Assembly (NCBI GenBank): GCA_963837325.1
Contig: CAWIMV010000001.1
Location: 872,768-936,767, forward strand
Direction: 5' to 3'
From: an uncultured Actinomycetota bacterium
Lineage (GTDB): Bacteria > Actinomycetota > Actinomycetes > Mycobacteriales > Jatrophihabitantaceae
Length of the DNA: 64,000 nt
The notes under the pieces are model-generated. The model was given only the letters and a program-made list of their open reading frames with translations. It ran no database searches and was not told the DNA's origin. The translations under genes were made by a program, and so were the position numbers. This document shows, in pieces, positions 1-8,446 of the stretch; the stretch's first letter is position 1, and every line of letters begins with the position of its first letter.

Positions 1-726
1 CGGAAGGTCCAAGGCCCCGGTCTCGGTGACCTTGGTGGCGATGTCGGCGAGCTTCGTGTGGGTGTGCTGGCTGGCGATGCGTAACAAATCGAAGGCGTGC
101 TCTTCGGTGAGCTTGTGATTGGCCATGAGAATGCCCATCGCCATCCCGATCGTGCGGCTGGTCTTGAGTGCCCGTTCCAAGTTGCCGGTCTTGTCGCGCA
201 GCCGAGCCGCGGTGAGGGCCAGCGCCCCATGAGTCGCCAGCAACATCGCGATCGTCTGGGCCGACTCGTCGAAGGCGTTGACCTTACCGGCGTAGATGTT
301 GAGCCCGGCAATGATGTCCTCGTTTTCGAGAAAGAACCGCACCGACAGCACGCTGTGGATGCCTTCCTGCTCGACCGCCCGCCGGCCGAACTCAGCCCAG
401 CGCTGCTCCCGCGAGACATCGCCGGTGCGGTACACCGTGTTGTCCAGGATGGCGTCCACGCACGGTCCGCTGCGCAAGTCGTACTGCAGCTGGTCCACGC
501 GGGAGGTACGCGCGTCGGTCGGTGCCACCGTCTCGAACCGGCCTCGATACGAGCGGGTGATGCCGGCCAGCTCCGCGCCGGGCACGGCGGTGACACTGCG
601 CTGGGTGAGCCGGTTGAGCACGTCGTCGAGGCTCTCTTGGGCCGAGAGATCGCGACCGAGGTCGGTGAACAGCTGGGCGAGCTGATCGGGATGGCTGGTT
701 GCTACATCGTGGGATGGACGTGACAA
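1..726 (-). CDS. GAF–ANTAR RNA-binding antitermination regulator; 3' end runs off the window, TTG start near 726
   Basis: My own minus-strand translation gives MSRPSHDV...NLERALKTSRTIGMAMGILMANHKLTEEHAFDLLRIASQHTHTKLADIATKV, a canonical ANTAR motif preceded by a GAF-like region. It is absent from the ORF track because there is no stop codon inside the window. Confidence 0.7.
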   Translation of the reverse strand, partial: MSRPSHDVATSHPDQLAQLFTDLGRDLSAQESLDDVLNRLTQRSVTAVPGAELAGITRSYRGRFETVAPTDARTSRVDQLQYDLRSGPCVDAILDNTVYRTGDVSREQRWAEFGRRAVEQEGIHSVLSVRFFLENEDIIAGLNIYAGKVNAFDESAQTIAMLLATHGALALTAARLRDKTGNLERALKTSRTIGMAMGILMANHKLTEEHAFDLLRIASQHTHTKLADIATKVTETGALDLP

Positions 727-798
727 GTGTTGCCTCGCGAGCGCTGGGCGTCGTCACTCGGGGAGTCGGCGACTGGTCTCGCGGTGGTTGCGCGATAG

Positions 799-1368
799 GT
801 GACAGCTTATGTGACAGCGGCAGGAAGCGACGCGGGTCCCCGGCTACGCGCCGAGCTGCCGGTGATAGAGCCGGTCCAGGTGGGTAGCTCAGCGGCACTA
901 GCAGTGAACTGGAACGGGGTCCGGATGTGCCGGCAGGTGACGCAGGCTTACGCGTGCGAGGTCTGGTCTCCCAACCTGGCCCGGCGCTTCTGCACCGATC
1001 AGCTGGCCGCGACGCTCGTCGCCAGCGCCGAACTGGATGCCGTCACCGAGGACACCGTGATCATCGCCAGCGAGCTGGTGACAAATTCTGTCAACGCCGG
1101 CTGCGCGCGGATCCGCATGACCCTCGCGATCCACCATGGGTTCCTGTGGCTGGGGGTAGGTGATGACGCCCCGGGCGAACCGGAACTGCGCCGAGCCGAG
1201 CCCGATGATTCGCAGGGAAGGGGACTGGCGATCACCGCCGTGCTGGCTCGGGCGTGGGGGGTCGAGTCTGTCGGCGAGGGCGGCAAGCAGGTATGGGCTG
1301 AACTCCCGCTGTCCGCCGGCCTGACCCACGGCCTGGACTGCCGAGTTGGCGATGGTGCGCGGTGGTGA
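799..1368 (+). CDS. anti-sigma regulatory factor (RsbW-like HATPase_c Ser kinase); start uncertain
   Basis: 189-aa ORF containing ELVTNSVNAG (the N-box of GHKL/RsbW-type kinases) and a DxGxG-like region. It sits just upstream of a STAS gene. Confidence 0.55.
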   Translation: MTAYVTAAGSDAGPRLRAELPVIEPVQVGSSAALAVNWNGVRMCRQVTQAYACEVWSPNLARRFCTDQLAATLVASAELDAVTEDTVIIASELVTNSVNAGCARIRMTLAIHHGFLWLGVGDDAPGEPELRRAEPDDSQGRGLAITAVLARAWGVESVGEGGKQVWAELPLSAGLTHGLDCRVGDGARW

Positions 1369-1488
1369 TTTCGGGCGGGCGCGCTTATGCTCAACTCACC
1401 GACTGAACTCACAGCACGGTGCGCAGGCTTCGTAGGCGCACACCTTTCGAGGTAGTCCGACGAAGCAGCCTCGGAATGGGATCAGCCG

Positions 1489-1932
1489 ATGACTGTTTAC
1501 TTCGTCGATACCGCTGTCTACGACGACCGTTGCGACTTGATCGTGAGCGGGCAGATCGATTTGTCCTCCGCCGACGAAGTTGCGGCGCTGGGCTATCTCG
1601 GACTGACCGAACCGCAGGTCCGGACCTTGGTGGTCCGTCTCAAAGGCGTCACCTTTATCGATTCGACCGGCATTGGCGCATTGGTCCGGCTACGCAATAT
1701 CGCATTCGAATTCGACAAGCGGCTGATCCTCAGTCAACCGGCCGAGCGGGTAATGCGGCTTCTCGAGATCACCGGTCTCGACAAGGTGTTCACGATCGAC
1801 CAGTCGCCCAACCAACCGTCCAGCGATGACGCGGCGGCCAGCTACCCGGTGTTCGCCCGGCCTGTCGGGGGGATCGGCGCCCAGCCCACGGCCGACGCAG
1901 CGGTTGCTGGAGACACGGCTCCTTCGGTTTAA
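1489..1932 (+). CDS. STAS-domain anti-sigma-factor antagonist (RsbV/SpoIIAA-like)
   Basis: VTFIDSTGIGALVRL with the conserved phosphorylatable Ser/Thr context. Adjacent to the RsbW-like gene, giving a partner-switching pair. Confidence 0.7.
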   Translation: MTVYFVDTAVYDDRCDLIVSGQIDLSSADEVAALGYLGLTEPQVRTLVVRLKGVTFIDSTGIGALVRLRNIAFEFDKRLILSQPAERVMRLLEITGLDKVFTIDQSPNQPSSDDAAASYPVFARPVGGIGAQPTADAAVAGDTAPSV

Positions 1933-1965
1933 CCGCGATCGCAGGAGAAGTCCGTTGTTCCGGTA

Positions 1966-1993
1966 TTGACGGAATCCGGGTAGCGGCGATACT
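1966..1993 (+). promoter_or_regulatory. candidate σ70-type promoter upstream of hypF
   Basis: TTGACG (1966–1971), a 16-nt spacer, then GATACT (1988–1993), ~25 nt upstream of the hypF GTG. Confidence 0.25.
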
Positions 1994-2017
1994 GGGGAAG
2001 TCAACGTCCAGGCAGCA

Positions 2018-4432
2018 GTGGGTCGCCGCATCGGGGAGTCCAGGACAGCCCGTCCCGTCCTCGAGGCCGAACAACGACGCCGGTTCACCATTCGCGGCTT
2101 GGTCCAGGGCGTGGGGTTCCGGCCCTTTGTGCATCGCCTGGCCACCGAGCTCGGGCTGCGGGGTTTCGTCGGCAACGACTCGCTCGCGGTCTTCGCCGAG
2201 GTGCAGGGCAGCGCCGGTGCGCTGGCCGAATTCGCCCGCCGGTTGCCGCTCGAAACGCCGCCGCTGGCCGTGATCACTGGGATCGACGCAAGCCCGGTGG
2301 CGCCGGCGGATTCGATCGAGCCGGGCTTCACGATCGTGGCCAGCCGTATCGAAGCCGGCGCCCGCACGCTGGTTTCGCCGGACGTGGCCACCTGCCGGGC
2401 CTGTTTGGCCGAGTTGTTCGAACCGACCGACCGCCGGTACCGGCACCCGTTCATCACCTGCACGGACTGTGGCCCCCGGCTGACGATCATCCAGGACCTG
2501 CCCTATGACCGGCCGGCGACGACGATGGCCGGCTTCCCGATGTGCCCGGCCTGCGCCGCCGAGTACGCCGACCCGGCGGACCGGCGCTTTCACGCCCAGC
2601 CCGTCGCCTGTTTGGACTGCGGCCCGGTGCTGTGGTTCGAGCACAAAGCCAGCCGGGTGACCGGGAGCGATGCCGCACTGGCCGCCGCTCAGCGCGCACT
2701 GCGCGACGGGCAGATCGTCGCCGTCAAGGGGATGGGTGGCTATCACCTCGCCGCCCGGGCCGACGACGCCGCGGTGATCGCGCGGCTGCGGCAGCGCAAG
2801 GCCCGCGATCAGAAGCCGTTCGCGCTGATGGCTCGAGACGTGGCGGCGGCGGCCCGGTTGGTGCGCATGAGCGCCGACGAGCAGCGGGTGCTCACCAGCC
2901 CGGCCCGCCCGATCGTGCTCATGCCTCGCCGCGACGACGCGCCGGTCGCCGAGTCTGTGGCGCCGGGCAACCCTCTGCTCGGCGTGATGCTGGCCAACAC
3001 ACCCTTGCACCACCTGCTCTTCGCACCGGTACCCGGAGCCGATGTCGAGCCGCCCGACCTCCTCGTGCTGACCAGCGCCAACATCAGCGACGAACCGCTC
3101 TGTTTCGACGACGCCGACGCCGCGGCCCGGCTGCCGAAGCTGACCGACGCGGTGCTGACCCACGACCGCCCCATCCACGTGCCGTGCGACGACTCGGTGG
3201 TGCGCGTGCTCGAGGGCCGGCCGTTGCCCATTCGCCGATCCCGCGGTTACGCCCCGCTGCCGATCGGGCTCGGGCCGGGCCTCCCACCGACACTCGCGGT
3301 TGGCGGCGAGTTGAAGAACGCCTGCTGTCTCATCGACGGTGACAACGCCTTCTGCTCCGCGCACATCGGTGACATGGGCAGCCTGGACACCACCCGAGCT
3401 TTTGAACGTGTGGTGGCCCAGCTCAGCTCGCTGCATCAGCGCACGCCACGGGTGCTGGCGGCCGATGCGCATCCGGCCTACCTGACCCGGGCCTGGGCCG
3501 AACGGCATTCCGGCGGTCCCGGGGAGCCGGAACTGCAGCTGGTGCAGCATCATCACGCCCACGTCGTGTCACTCCTGGCCGAGCACGGCCGAATCGGTCA
3601 GCCAATCATCGGCGTGGCGTTCGACGGCACCGGGTACGGCGACGACGGCACGATCTGGGGCGGGGAGTTCCTCCTGCTCAAAACAGATTCGGCTCGCCAC
3701 CGCCGTGCCGGACACCTTTCGGCCGTCGAGCTGCCCGGTGGCGACGCCGCCGTCCGCAATCCGTGCCGGATGGCGCTGGCCTATCTGGCGGCAGCCGGCG
3801 TGCCGTGGCTCGACGGCCTCCCGCCGGTCGATGCCTGCGCCCCGGAGGAGCGCTCCGCGGTCCGTGCGCAGCTGGCATCCGGTGCCGGCACGGTCGCCTG
3901 CACGAGCGTGGGCCGGCTGTTCGACGCCGTGGCGTCGCTGCTCGGCGTCCGGCACCGGATCGGGTACGAGGCGCAGGCCGCCATCGAACTGGAGCTGCTG
4001 GCCGAGCGGGGGCAGCGCGACGGCGCGCGATTGCCGGGCCTGCGTTTCGCGCTGGGCTGCGACGGCGTGCTCGACTACCGGCCGGTCATCCGCGCGCTGG
4101 CCGACGGGGTGCGGGCCGGTGTGGCCCCCGCGGTCCTGGCCCACGCGTTCCACCTCGCCGTCGCCGAAGCCGTGACCGAGTGCGCGGTTCAGCTTGCGGA
4201 CGACGCCGGCGTGCACGTGGTCGGACTGACTGGAGGCGTCTTCCAGAACGTCTTGCTGGTGCGGGAGTGCCGGCTCCGGCTGGAAGCGGCCGGGCTCGAG
4301 GTTCTCGTGCACCGATTGGTCCCACCGAACGACGGCGGGCTCGCGCTCGGCCAAGCGGTCGTTGCCGCGCTTCGGGCCAAGACCGACGGCCGACCGACCG
4401 ATGAAGGGATTGGGCATGCAGGCAATGGTTGA
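2018..4432 (+). CDS. hypF: [NiFe]-hydrogenase maturation carbamoyltransferase HypF
   Basis: 804 aa with a GTG start. It has an acylphosphatase motif (RGLVQGVGFRPFV), two CxxC-x18-CxxC zinc fingers (CRACL...CTDCGPR and CPACAAEY...CLDCGP), a YrdC-like domain and a Kae1-like C-terminus. Confidence 0.9.
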   Translation: MGRRIGESRTARPVLEAEQRRRFTIRGLVQGVGFRPFVHRLATELGLRGFVGNDSLAVFAEVQGSAGALAEFARRLPLETPPLAVITGIDASPVAPADSIEPGFTIVASRIEAGARTLVSPDVATCRACLAELFEPTDRRYRHPFITCTDCGPRLTIIQDLPYDRPATTMAGFPMCPACAAEYADPADRRFHAQPVACLDCGPVLWFEHKASRVTGSDAALAAAQRALRDGQIVAVKGMGGYHLAARADDAAVIARLRQRKARDQKPFALMARDVAAAARLVRMSADEQRVLTSPARPIVLMPRRDDAPVAESVAPGNPLLGVMLANTPLHHLLFAPVPGADVEPPDLLVLTSANISDEPLCFDDADAAARLPKLTDAVLTHDRPIHVPCDDSVVRVLEGRPLPIRRSRGYAPLPIGLGPGLPPTLAVGGELKNACCLIDGDNAFCSAHIGDMGSLDTTRAFERVVAQLSSLHQRTPRVLAADAHPAYLTRAWAERHSGGPGEPELQLVQHHHAHVVSLLAEHGRIGQPIIGVAFDGTGYGDDGTIWGGEFLLLKTDSARHRRAGHLSAVELPGGDAAVRNPCRMALAYLAAAGVPWLDGLPPVDACAPEERSAVRAQLASGAGTVACTSVGRLFDAVASLLGVRHRIGYEAQAAIELELLAERGQRDGARLPGLRFALGCDGVLDYRPVIRALADGVRAGVAPAVLAHAFHLAVAEAVTECAVQLADDAGVHVVGLTGGVFQNVLLVRECRLRLEAAGLEVLVHRLVPPNDGGLALGQAVVAALRAKTDGRPTDEGIGHAGNG

Positions 4433-5195
4433 CGCGACGAACGGTGCAAGCGCTCCGGAGGGTGCGGCCGGGATCCCTCCGGACATGCTCGACCGTGGCC
4501 TGGCCCGCGACCTGGCCGACGCGTCACTCGCGCTGGCGCGCCGGTTCCAGGCCGGGGCGACGATGTGGTGTGTCGCGCCGCAATGGGAGCCGCATGCGCA
4601 TCACATGGCGGTCGAGTTCGTCCATCCGGTGATCATGGGCAAGCGCGCCCTTCCTGCCTTCGCCCTGACGGACCGCGACGTCGTCGCGCAGGCCCGCAGT
4701 TCCGTTCGTCCGGGCGACATCGTCATCGCGGTGGCGGCGGCCGACGACGCGGCCGTGCGGGCGCTGATGCGGCGCACTCCGGCGTGGGGGGCGTTGAGCT
4801 TGTGGATCGGTTCGGGTGGTCGGCCCGCGGGCGGCGCGGCCGACCACGTGTTGTGGATCGAGGATCGCAATCCGCTGGCGCCGGCCACGGGGCGGTTCGT
4901 CATCATGTATCACCTCCTGTGGGAACTGACCCACGTCTGCTTCGAGCACCCGGGCCTGCTCGTCGAGCCGGCCGCCGAGTGCACCGACGAGGTCTGCGTG
5001 ACCTGCAGTGACGAGGGTCGCCTGGCCGAAGTACTGGTGGCGCCGAGCACTGCGTACGGCGACGCGCTGGTCCGCACGGCGGCCGGTGAGGAGCGCATCG
5101 ACGTGACACTCGCCGGGCCGGTGTCGCCCGGCGACCTGGTGCTCGTTCACGCGGGCACCGCACTCACCCGCCTCGAGTCGGAGCTGTCGCGATGA
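4362..5195 (+). CDS. hydrogenase-cluster protein: degenerate SIS-like N-domain fused to a HypC/HupF-like OB-fold C-domain. The start is probably at ~4416–4425 rather than 4362.
   Basis: The N-terminal half aligns loosely to the GmhA/SIS fold (GATMWCVAPQ... GDIVIAVAAADDAAVRALM). The C-terminus (VCVTCSDEGRLAEVLV...IDVTLAGPVSPGDLVLVHAGTAL) resembles HypC but lacks the Met-Cys N-terminus. It overlaps the hypF stop. Confidence 0.5.
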   Translation: MPRFGPRPTADRPMKGLGMQAMVDATNGASAPEGAAGIPPDMLDRGLARDLADASLALARRFQAGATMWCVAPQWEPHAHHMAVEFVHPVIMGKRALPAFALTDRDVVAQARSSVRPGDIVIAVAAADDAAVRALMRRTPAWGALSLWIGSGGRPAGGAADHVLWIEDRNPLAPATGRFVIMYHLLWELTHVCFEHPGLLVEPAAECTDEVCVTCSDEGRLAEVLVAPSTAYGDALVRTAAGEERIDVTLAGPVSPGDLVLVHAGTALTRLESELSR

Positions 5196-5884
5196 CGACC
5201 CCCAACGCGGCCGACACCGAGAGCACCGGTTTCCTCTACCCGTTCATCGAGGCCGAAGGACATGACCCCGAGTCACTGCTTCGCGACCTCGCCGCGTCCG
5301 CCCAGACCAAGGCGCGCGAGAGCTCAGCCCTGCAGCGCTCGACCCTCGCCGAGTGCGGCAAGCTGATCGCGACGGCCGGCCGGCAGATGGCCGAGCGGTT
5401 CGCCGACGGCGGCCGGTTGTACGCATTCGGCAACGGCGGCAGTTCGACCGATGCGGCGACGTTCGCGGCCCTGTTCGCCCAGCCGATCACCGGGCGTCCG
5501 TTGCCGGCGATGAACCTAGCCGCTGACCAGGCGGTGGTCACGGCGCTGGGCAACGACGTCGGTTTCGAGCTGGTGTTCTCGCGCCAGATCATCGCCCATT
5601 CCAGCAGCCGCGACATCGCGGTCGCCATGTCGACGAGCGGCAATTCGGCCGACCTCATGACCGCGCTGGCCGAGGCATCCCGGCGTGGGCTGCTGACCAT
5701 CGGCTTCGCCGGCTACGACGGGGGCCAGATGGCCACGGCCGAGGAGGTGGCGCATTGCTTCGTCGTCCGCTCGCAGAGCATTCACCGCATCCAGGAGAGC
5801 CAGGCGCTGCTCGGCTACGAGCTGTGGGCGACCGTGCAACAGCAGCTGACCCGGGCGGACGAGGAGGCATCACATGACCAGTGA
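5192..5884 (+). CDS. SIS-domain protein (GmhA/phosphoheptose-isomerase-like) in the hyp operon
   Basis: YAFGNGGSSTDAATFAALF and STSGNSADLMTALAEASRRGL are SIS sugar-isomerase motifs. There is a 4-nt overlap with the previous ORF. Confidence 0.7.
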   Translation: MTTPNAADTESTGFLYPFIEAEGHDPESLLRDLAASAQTKARESSALQRSTLAECGKLIATAGRQMAERFADGGRLYAFGNGGSSTDAATFAALFAQPITGRPLPAMNLAADQAVVTALGNDVGFELVFSRQIIAHSSSRDIAVAMSTSGNSADLMTALAEASRRGLLTIGFAGYDGGQMATAEEVAHCFVVRSQSIHRIQESQALLGYELWATVQQQLTRADEEASHDQ

Positions 5885-6983
5885 CACCGGCACCCGACCG
5901 GCCACGGCCGAGGAGCGCGAGGATCGGGTCCTGCAGCGCATCACCGCGTTCCGCAAGCGCCGCCCCCGACTGATCGACGACGTCATCACGCTCGCGCACG
6001 GGGCCGGCGGGAAGTCGTCGGCCGCGCTCGTCGACGCCGTCTTCGTCGAGGCGTTCCGGAACCCGGAGCTCGAGCAGCTCGGCGATGGCGCCGTGCTGGC
6101 GCTGCCGTCGGGCGAGCGGCTGGCATTCAGCACCGACTCGTTCGTCGTGTCGCCATTGCGGTTCCCGGGCGGCTCGATCGGGCACCTCGCGGTTCACGGG
6201 ACGATCAACGACCTGGCCGTCAGCGGCGCCAAGCCGCAGTGGCTGTCGGCCGCGTTCGTCATCGCCGAGGGCTTCGAAATCGCTCGCCTCCGCGAGATCG
6301 TCGCCGACATGGCTACGGCGGCCCAAGAGGCGGGAGTAGCGCTGGTCACCGGTGACACCAAGGTGGTGCCCAAGGGTGCGGCCGACGGCTTGTACATCAC
6401 CACGTCCGGTGTCGGCGTGATCGCCCAGGGTCGGCACTTGTCGGCCCAGCACGTGCGGCCGGGCGACCGGCTGGTGCTGTCCGGCACGCTCGGCGATCAC
6501 GGCATGGCCGTCATGATGGCCCGTGGCGACATGGCCATCGACGCCGACATCCATTCCGACACCGCGCCGGTGCACGAGTTGGTCGACCTCGTGCTCGGTG
6601 CCGCGCCGTCGACGAGGTGGATGCGTGATCCCACCCGCGGCGGGCTGGGGACGATCTGCAACGAACTGGCCCAGGACAGTGGGTTGGCGGTGATCCTCGA
6701 CGAAGCGTCGCTGCCGGTACTGCCCATGGTGCAGGGCGCCTGCGACCTGCTCGGCATCGACCCGCTGTACGTGGCAAACGAGGGCAAGTTCGTCGCCGTC
6801 GTCCCGCCGGACGAGGCCGACGCCGCTGTCGCGGCGCTGCGCAGCCACCCGCTCGGCGCGAACGCCGTCCTCATCGGGGAGGTCGTCGAACAGCCGGAGG
6901 GCGTCGTCGCACTACGTACCGCGTTCGGTGGCAGCCGCATCGTCGACATGCTCGTCGGCGACCCGCTGCCGCGGATCTGCTGA
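5874..6983 (+). CDS. hypE: hydrogenase maturation protein HypE (AIR-synthase-related)
   Basis: LAHGAGGKSS...DLAVSGAKP...VTGDTKVV are PurM-like N/C domains typical of HypE. Confidence 0.85.
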   Translation: MTSDTGTRPATAEEREDRVLQRITAFRKRRPRLIDDVITLAHGAGGKSSAALVDAVFVEAFRNPELEQLGDGAVLALPSGERLAFSTDSFVVSPLRFPGGSIGHLAVHGTINDLAVSGAKPQWLSAAFVIAEGFEIARLREIVADMATAAQEAGVALVTGDTKVVPKGAADGLYITTSGVGVIAQGRHLSAQHVRPGDRLVLSGTLGDHGMAVMMARGDMAIDADIHSDTAPVHELVDLVLGAAPSTRWMRDPTRGGLGTICNELAQDSGLAVILDEASLPVLPMVQGACDLLGIDPLYVANEGKFVAVVPPDEADAAVAALRSHPLGANAVLIGEVVEQPEGVVALRTAFGGSRIVDMLVGDPLPRIC

Positions 6984-7011
6984 GCACCCACCTACCGCGA
7001 GAGGAACCGCC

Positions 7012-7284
7012 ATGTGTCTCGGGATACCGGGCCAGGTCGTCGAGGTCACCGACGCCGCAAATCGCCTGGCCAAGGTCGACGTCAACGGCGTCCAACGCAC
7101 CATCAGCATCCGCCTGCTCGACGGACAGCCGCTTGCCCCCGGTGACTGGGTGCTCGTGCACGTCGGGTTCGCGATGGCCCGCATCGACCAGCACGAAGCC
7201 GACCTCACGCTGGCCGCGGTCAAGCAGATGGGCCAGTCGTACTACGACGAGGTCGACGCCTTCAACTCCACCGCGATCGTCTAG
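7012..7284 (+). CDS. hypC: hydrogenase assembly chaperone HypC/HupF
   Basis: Internal start MCLGIPGQVVEV gives the canonical MC(L/I)(G/A)(I/V)P N-terminus; ~90 aa OB-fold. The ORF-track start at 6928 is an upstream extension overlapping hypE. Confidence 0.85.
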   Translation: MCLGIPGQVVEVTDAANRLAKVDVNGVQRTISIRLLDGQPLAPGDWVLVHVGFAMARIDQHEADLTLAAVKQMGQSYYDEVDAFNSTAIV

Positions 7285-7289
7285 GAGAC

Positions 7290-8435
7290 GTGATGAAATT
7301 CGTTGACGAGTTTCGTGACCCGGCAGCCGCTCGGGCGCTCGTGGCCTCGATCCGGGACCTGGCCGGAGCCGACGCCGAGGCGGGCGAGTTCAAGTTCATG
7401 GAGGTGTGCGGCGGGCACACCCACACGATCTACCGGCACGGCATCGAGCATCTGCTGCCGCCGTCGGTCGAACTGGTGCACGGCCCGGGCTGTCCGGTGT
7501 GCGTGATCCCGATGGGACGCGTCGACGACGCGATGTGGCTGGCCGAGAAGCCCGACACCATCTTCACCTCGTTCGGCGACATGATGCGGGTGCCCGGCAG
7601 CCGGGGCAGCCTGCTCGAGGCCAAGGCCCGCGGTGCCGACGTCCGCTTCGTGTACTCACCGCTGGATTCACTGCGCATCGCGGTCGACAACCCGGACAAG
7701 CACGTGGTCTTCTTCGCGGTCGGCTTCGAGACGACAGCGCCGTCGACCGCGGTGACGCTCGTGCGGGCCAAGGAACTCGGCGTCAGCAACTTCAGCGTGT
7801 TCTGCAATCACGTCACGATCGTGCCGCCGATCAAGGCCATCCTCGATTCGCCGGACCTGCGCCTGTCCGGCTTCCTCGGCCCCGGCCACGTCTCCACGGT
7901 GGTCGGCAACCGGCCGTACCGGTTCGTACCCGAGGTGTACGGCAAGCCGATCGTGGTGGCCGGCTTCGAGCCGCTGGACATCCTGGCCTCGGTGCACATG
8001 CTGCTGGCCCAGATCCGCGAGGGCCGGTGCGAGGTCGAGAACCAGTACAGCCGCGTCGTGCCCGAGGACGGCAACCCGCAGGCGCTGGCGTTGCTCGGTG
8101 AGGTGTTCGAGTTGCGGCCGCACTTCGAATGGCGCGGGCTCGGCTTCATCAGCCAGAGCGCGCTGAAGCTCAACGCGGCGTACGCGGACTTCGACGCCGA
8201 GTTGCGCTTCGACATGCCCGGTGTCCGAGTCGCCGATCCCAAAGCCTGCCAGTGTGGCGAGGTTCTCAAGGGCGTCATCAAGCCCTGGGAGTGCAAGGTG
8301 TTCGGTACCGCGTGCACGCCCGAGACGCCGATCGGCACCTGCATGGTCTCGCCCGAGGGTGCCTGCGCCGCGTACTACAACTTCGGCCGCCTGCATCGCG
8401 AGACCGCGCTGTTGGTCGGTAACACGAGCCGCTGA
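7290..8435 (+). CDS. hypD: hydrogenase maturation protein HypD
   Basis: Contains FMEVCGGHTH and GPGCPVC, the conserved CGxH and GPGCPVC motifs of HypD. 381 aa. Confidence 0.9.
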   Translation: MMKFVDEFRDPAAARALVASIRDLAGADAEAGEFKFMEVCGGHTHTIYRHGIEHLLPPSVELVHGPGCPVCVIPMGRVDDAMWLAEKPDTIFTSFGDMMRVPGSRGSLLEAKARGADVRFVYSPLDSLRIAVDNPDKHVVFFAVGFETTAPSTAVTLVRAKELGVSNFSVFCNHVTIVPPIKAILDSPDLRLSGFLGPGHVSTVVGNRPYRFVPEVYGKPIVVAGFEPLDILASVHMLLAQIREGRCEVENQYSRVVPEDGNPQALALLGEVFELRPHFEWRGLGFISQSALKLNAAYADFDAELRFDMPGVRVADPKACQCGEVLKGVIKPWECKVFGTACTPETPIGTCMVSPEGACAAYYNFGRLHRETALLVGNTSR

Positions 8436-8446
8436 CGCCGTCCGCG

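Noticed and set aside
1790-3562. 590-aa minus-strand ORF antisense to hypF
   Set aside because: Arg/Gly/Pro-rich, low-complexity translation typical of an antisense frame in 70% GC DNA. It overlaps a confidently assigned hypF.
5655-6848. 397-aa minus-strand ORF antisense to hypE
   Set aside because: No motifs and an R/G/P-rich composition. hypE on the opposite strand has clear family signatures.
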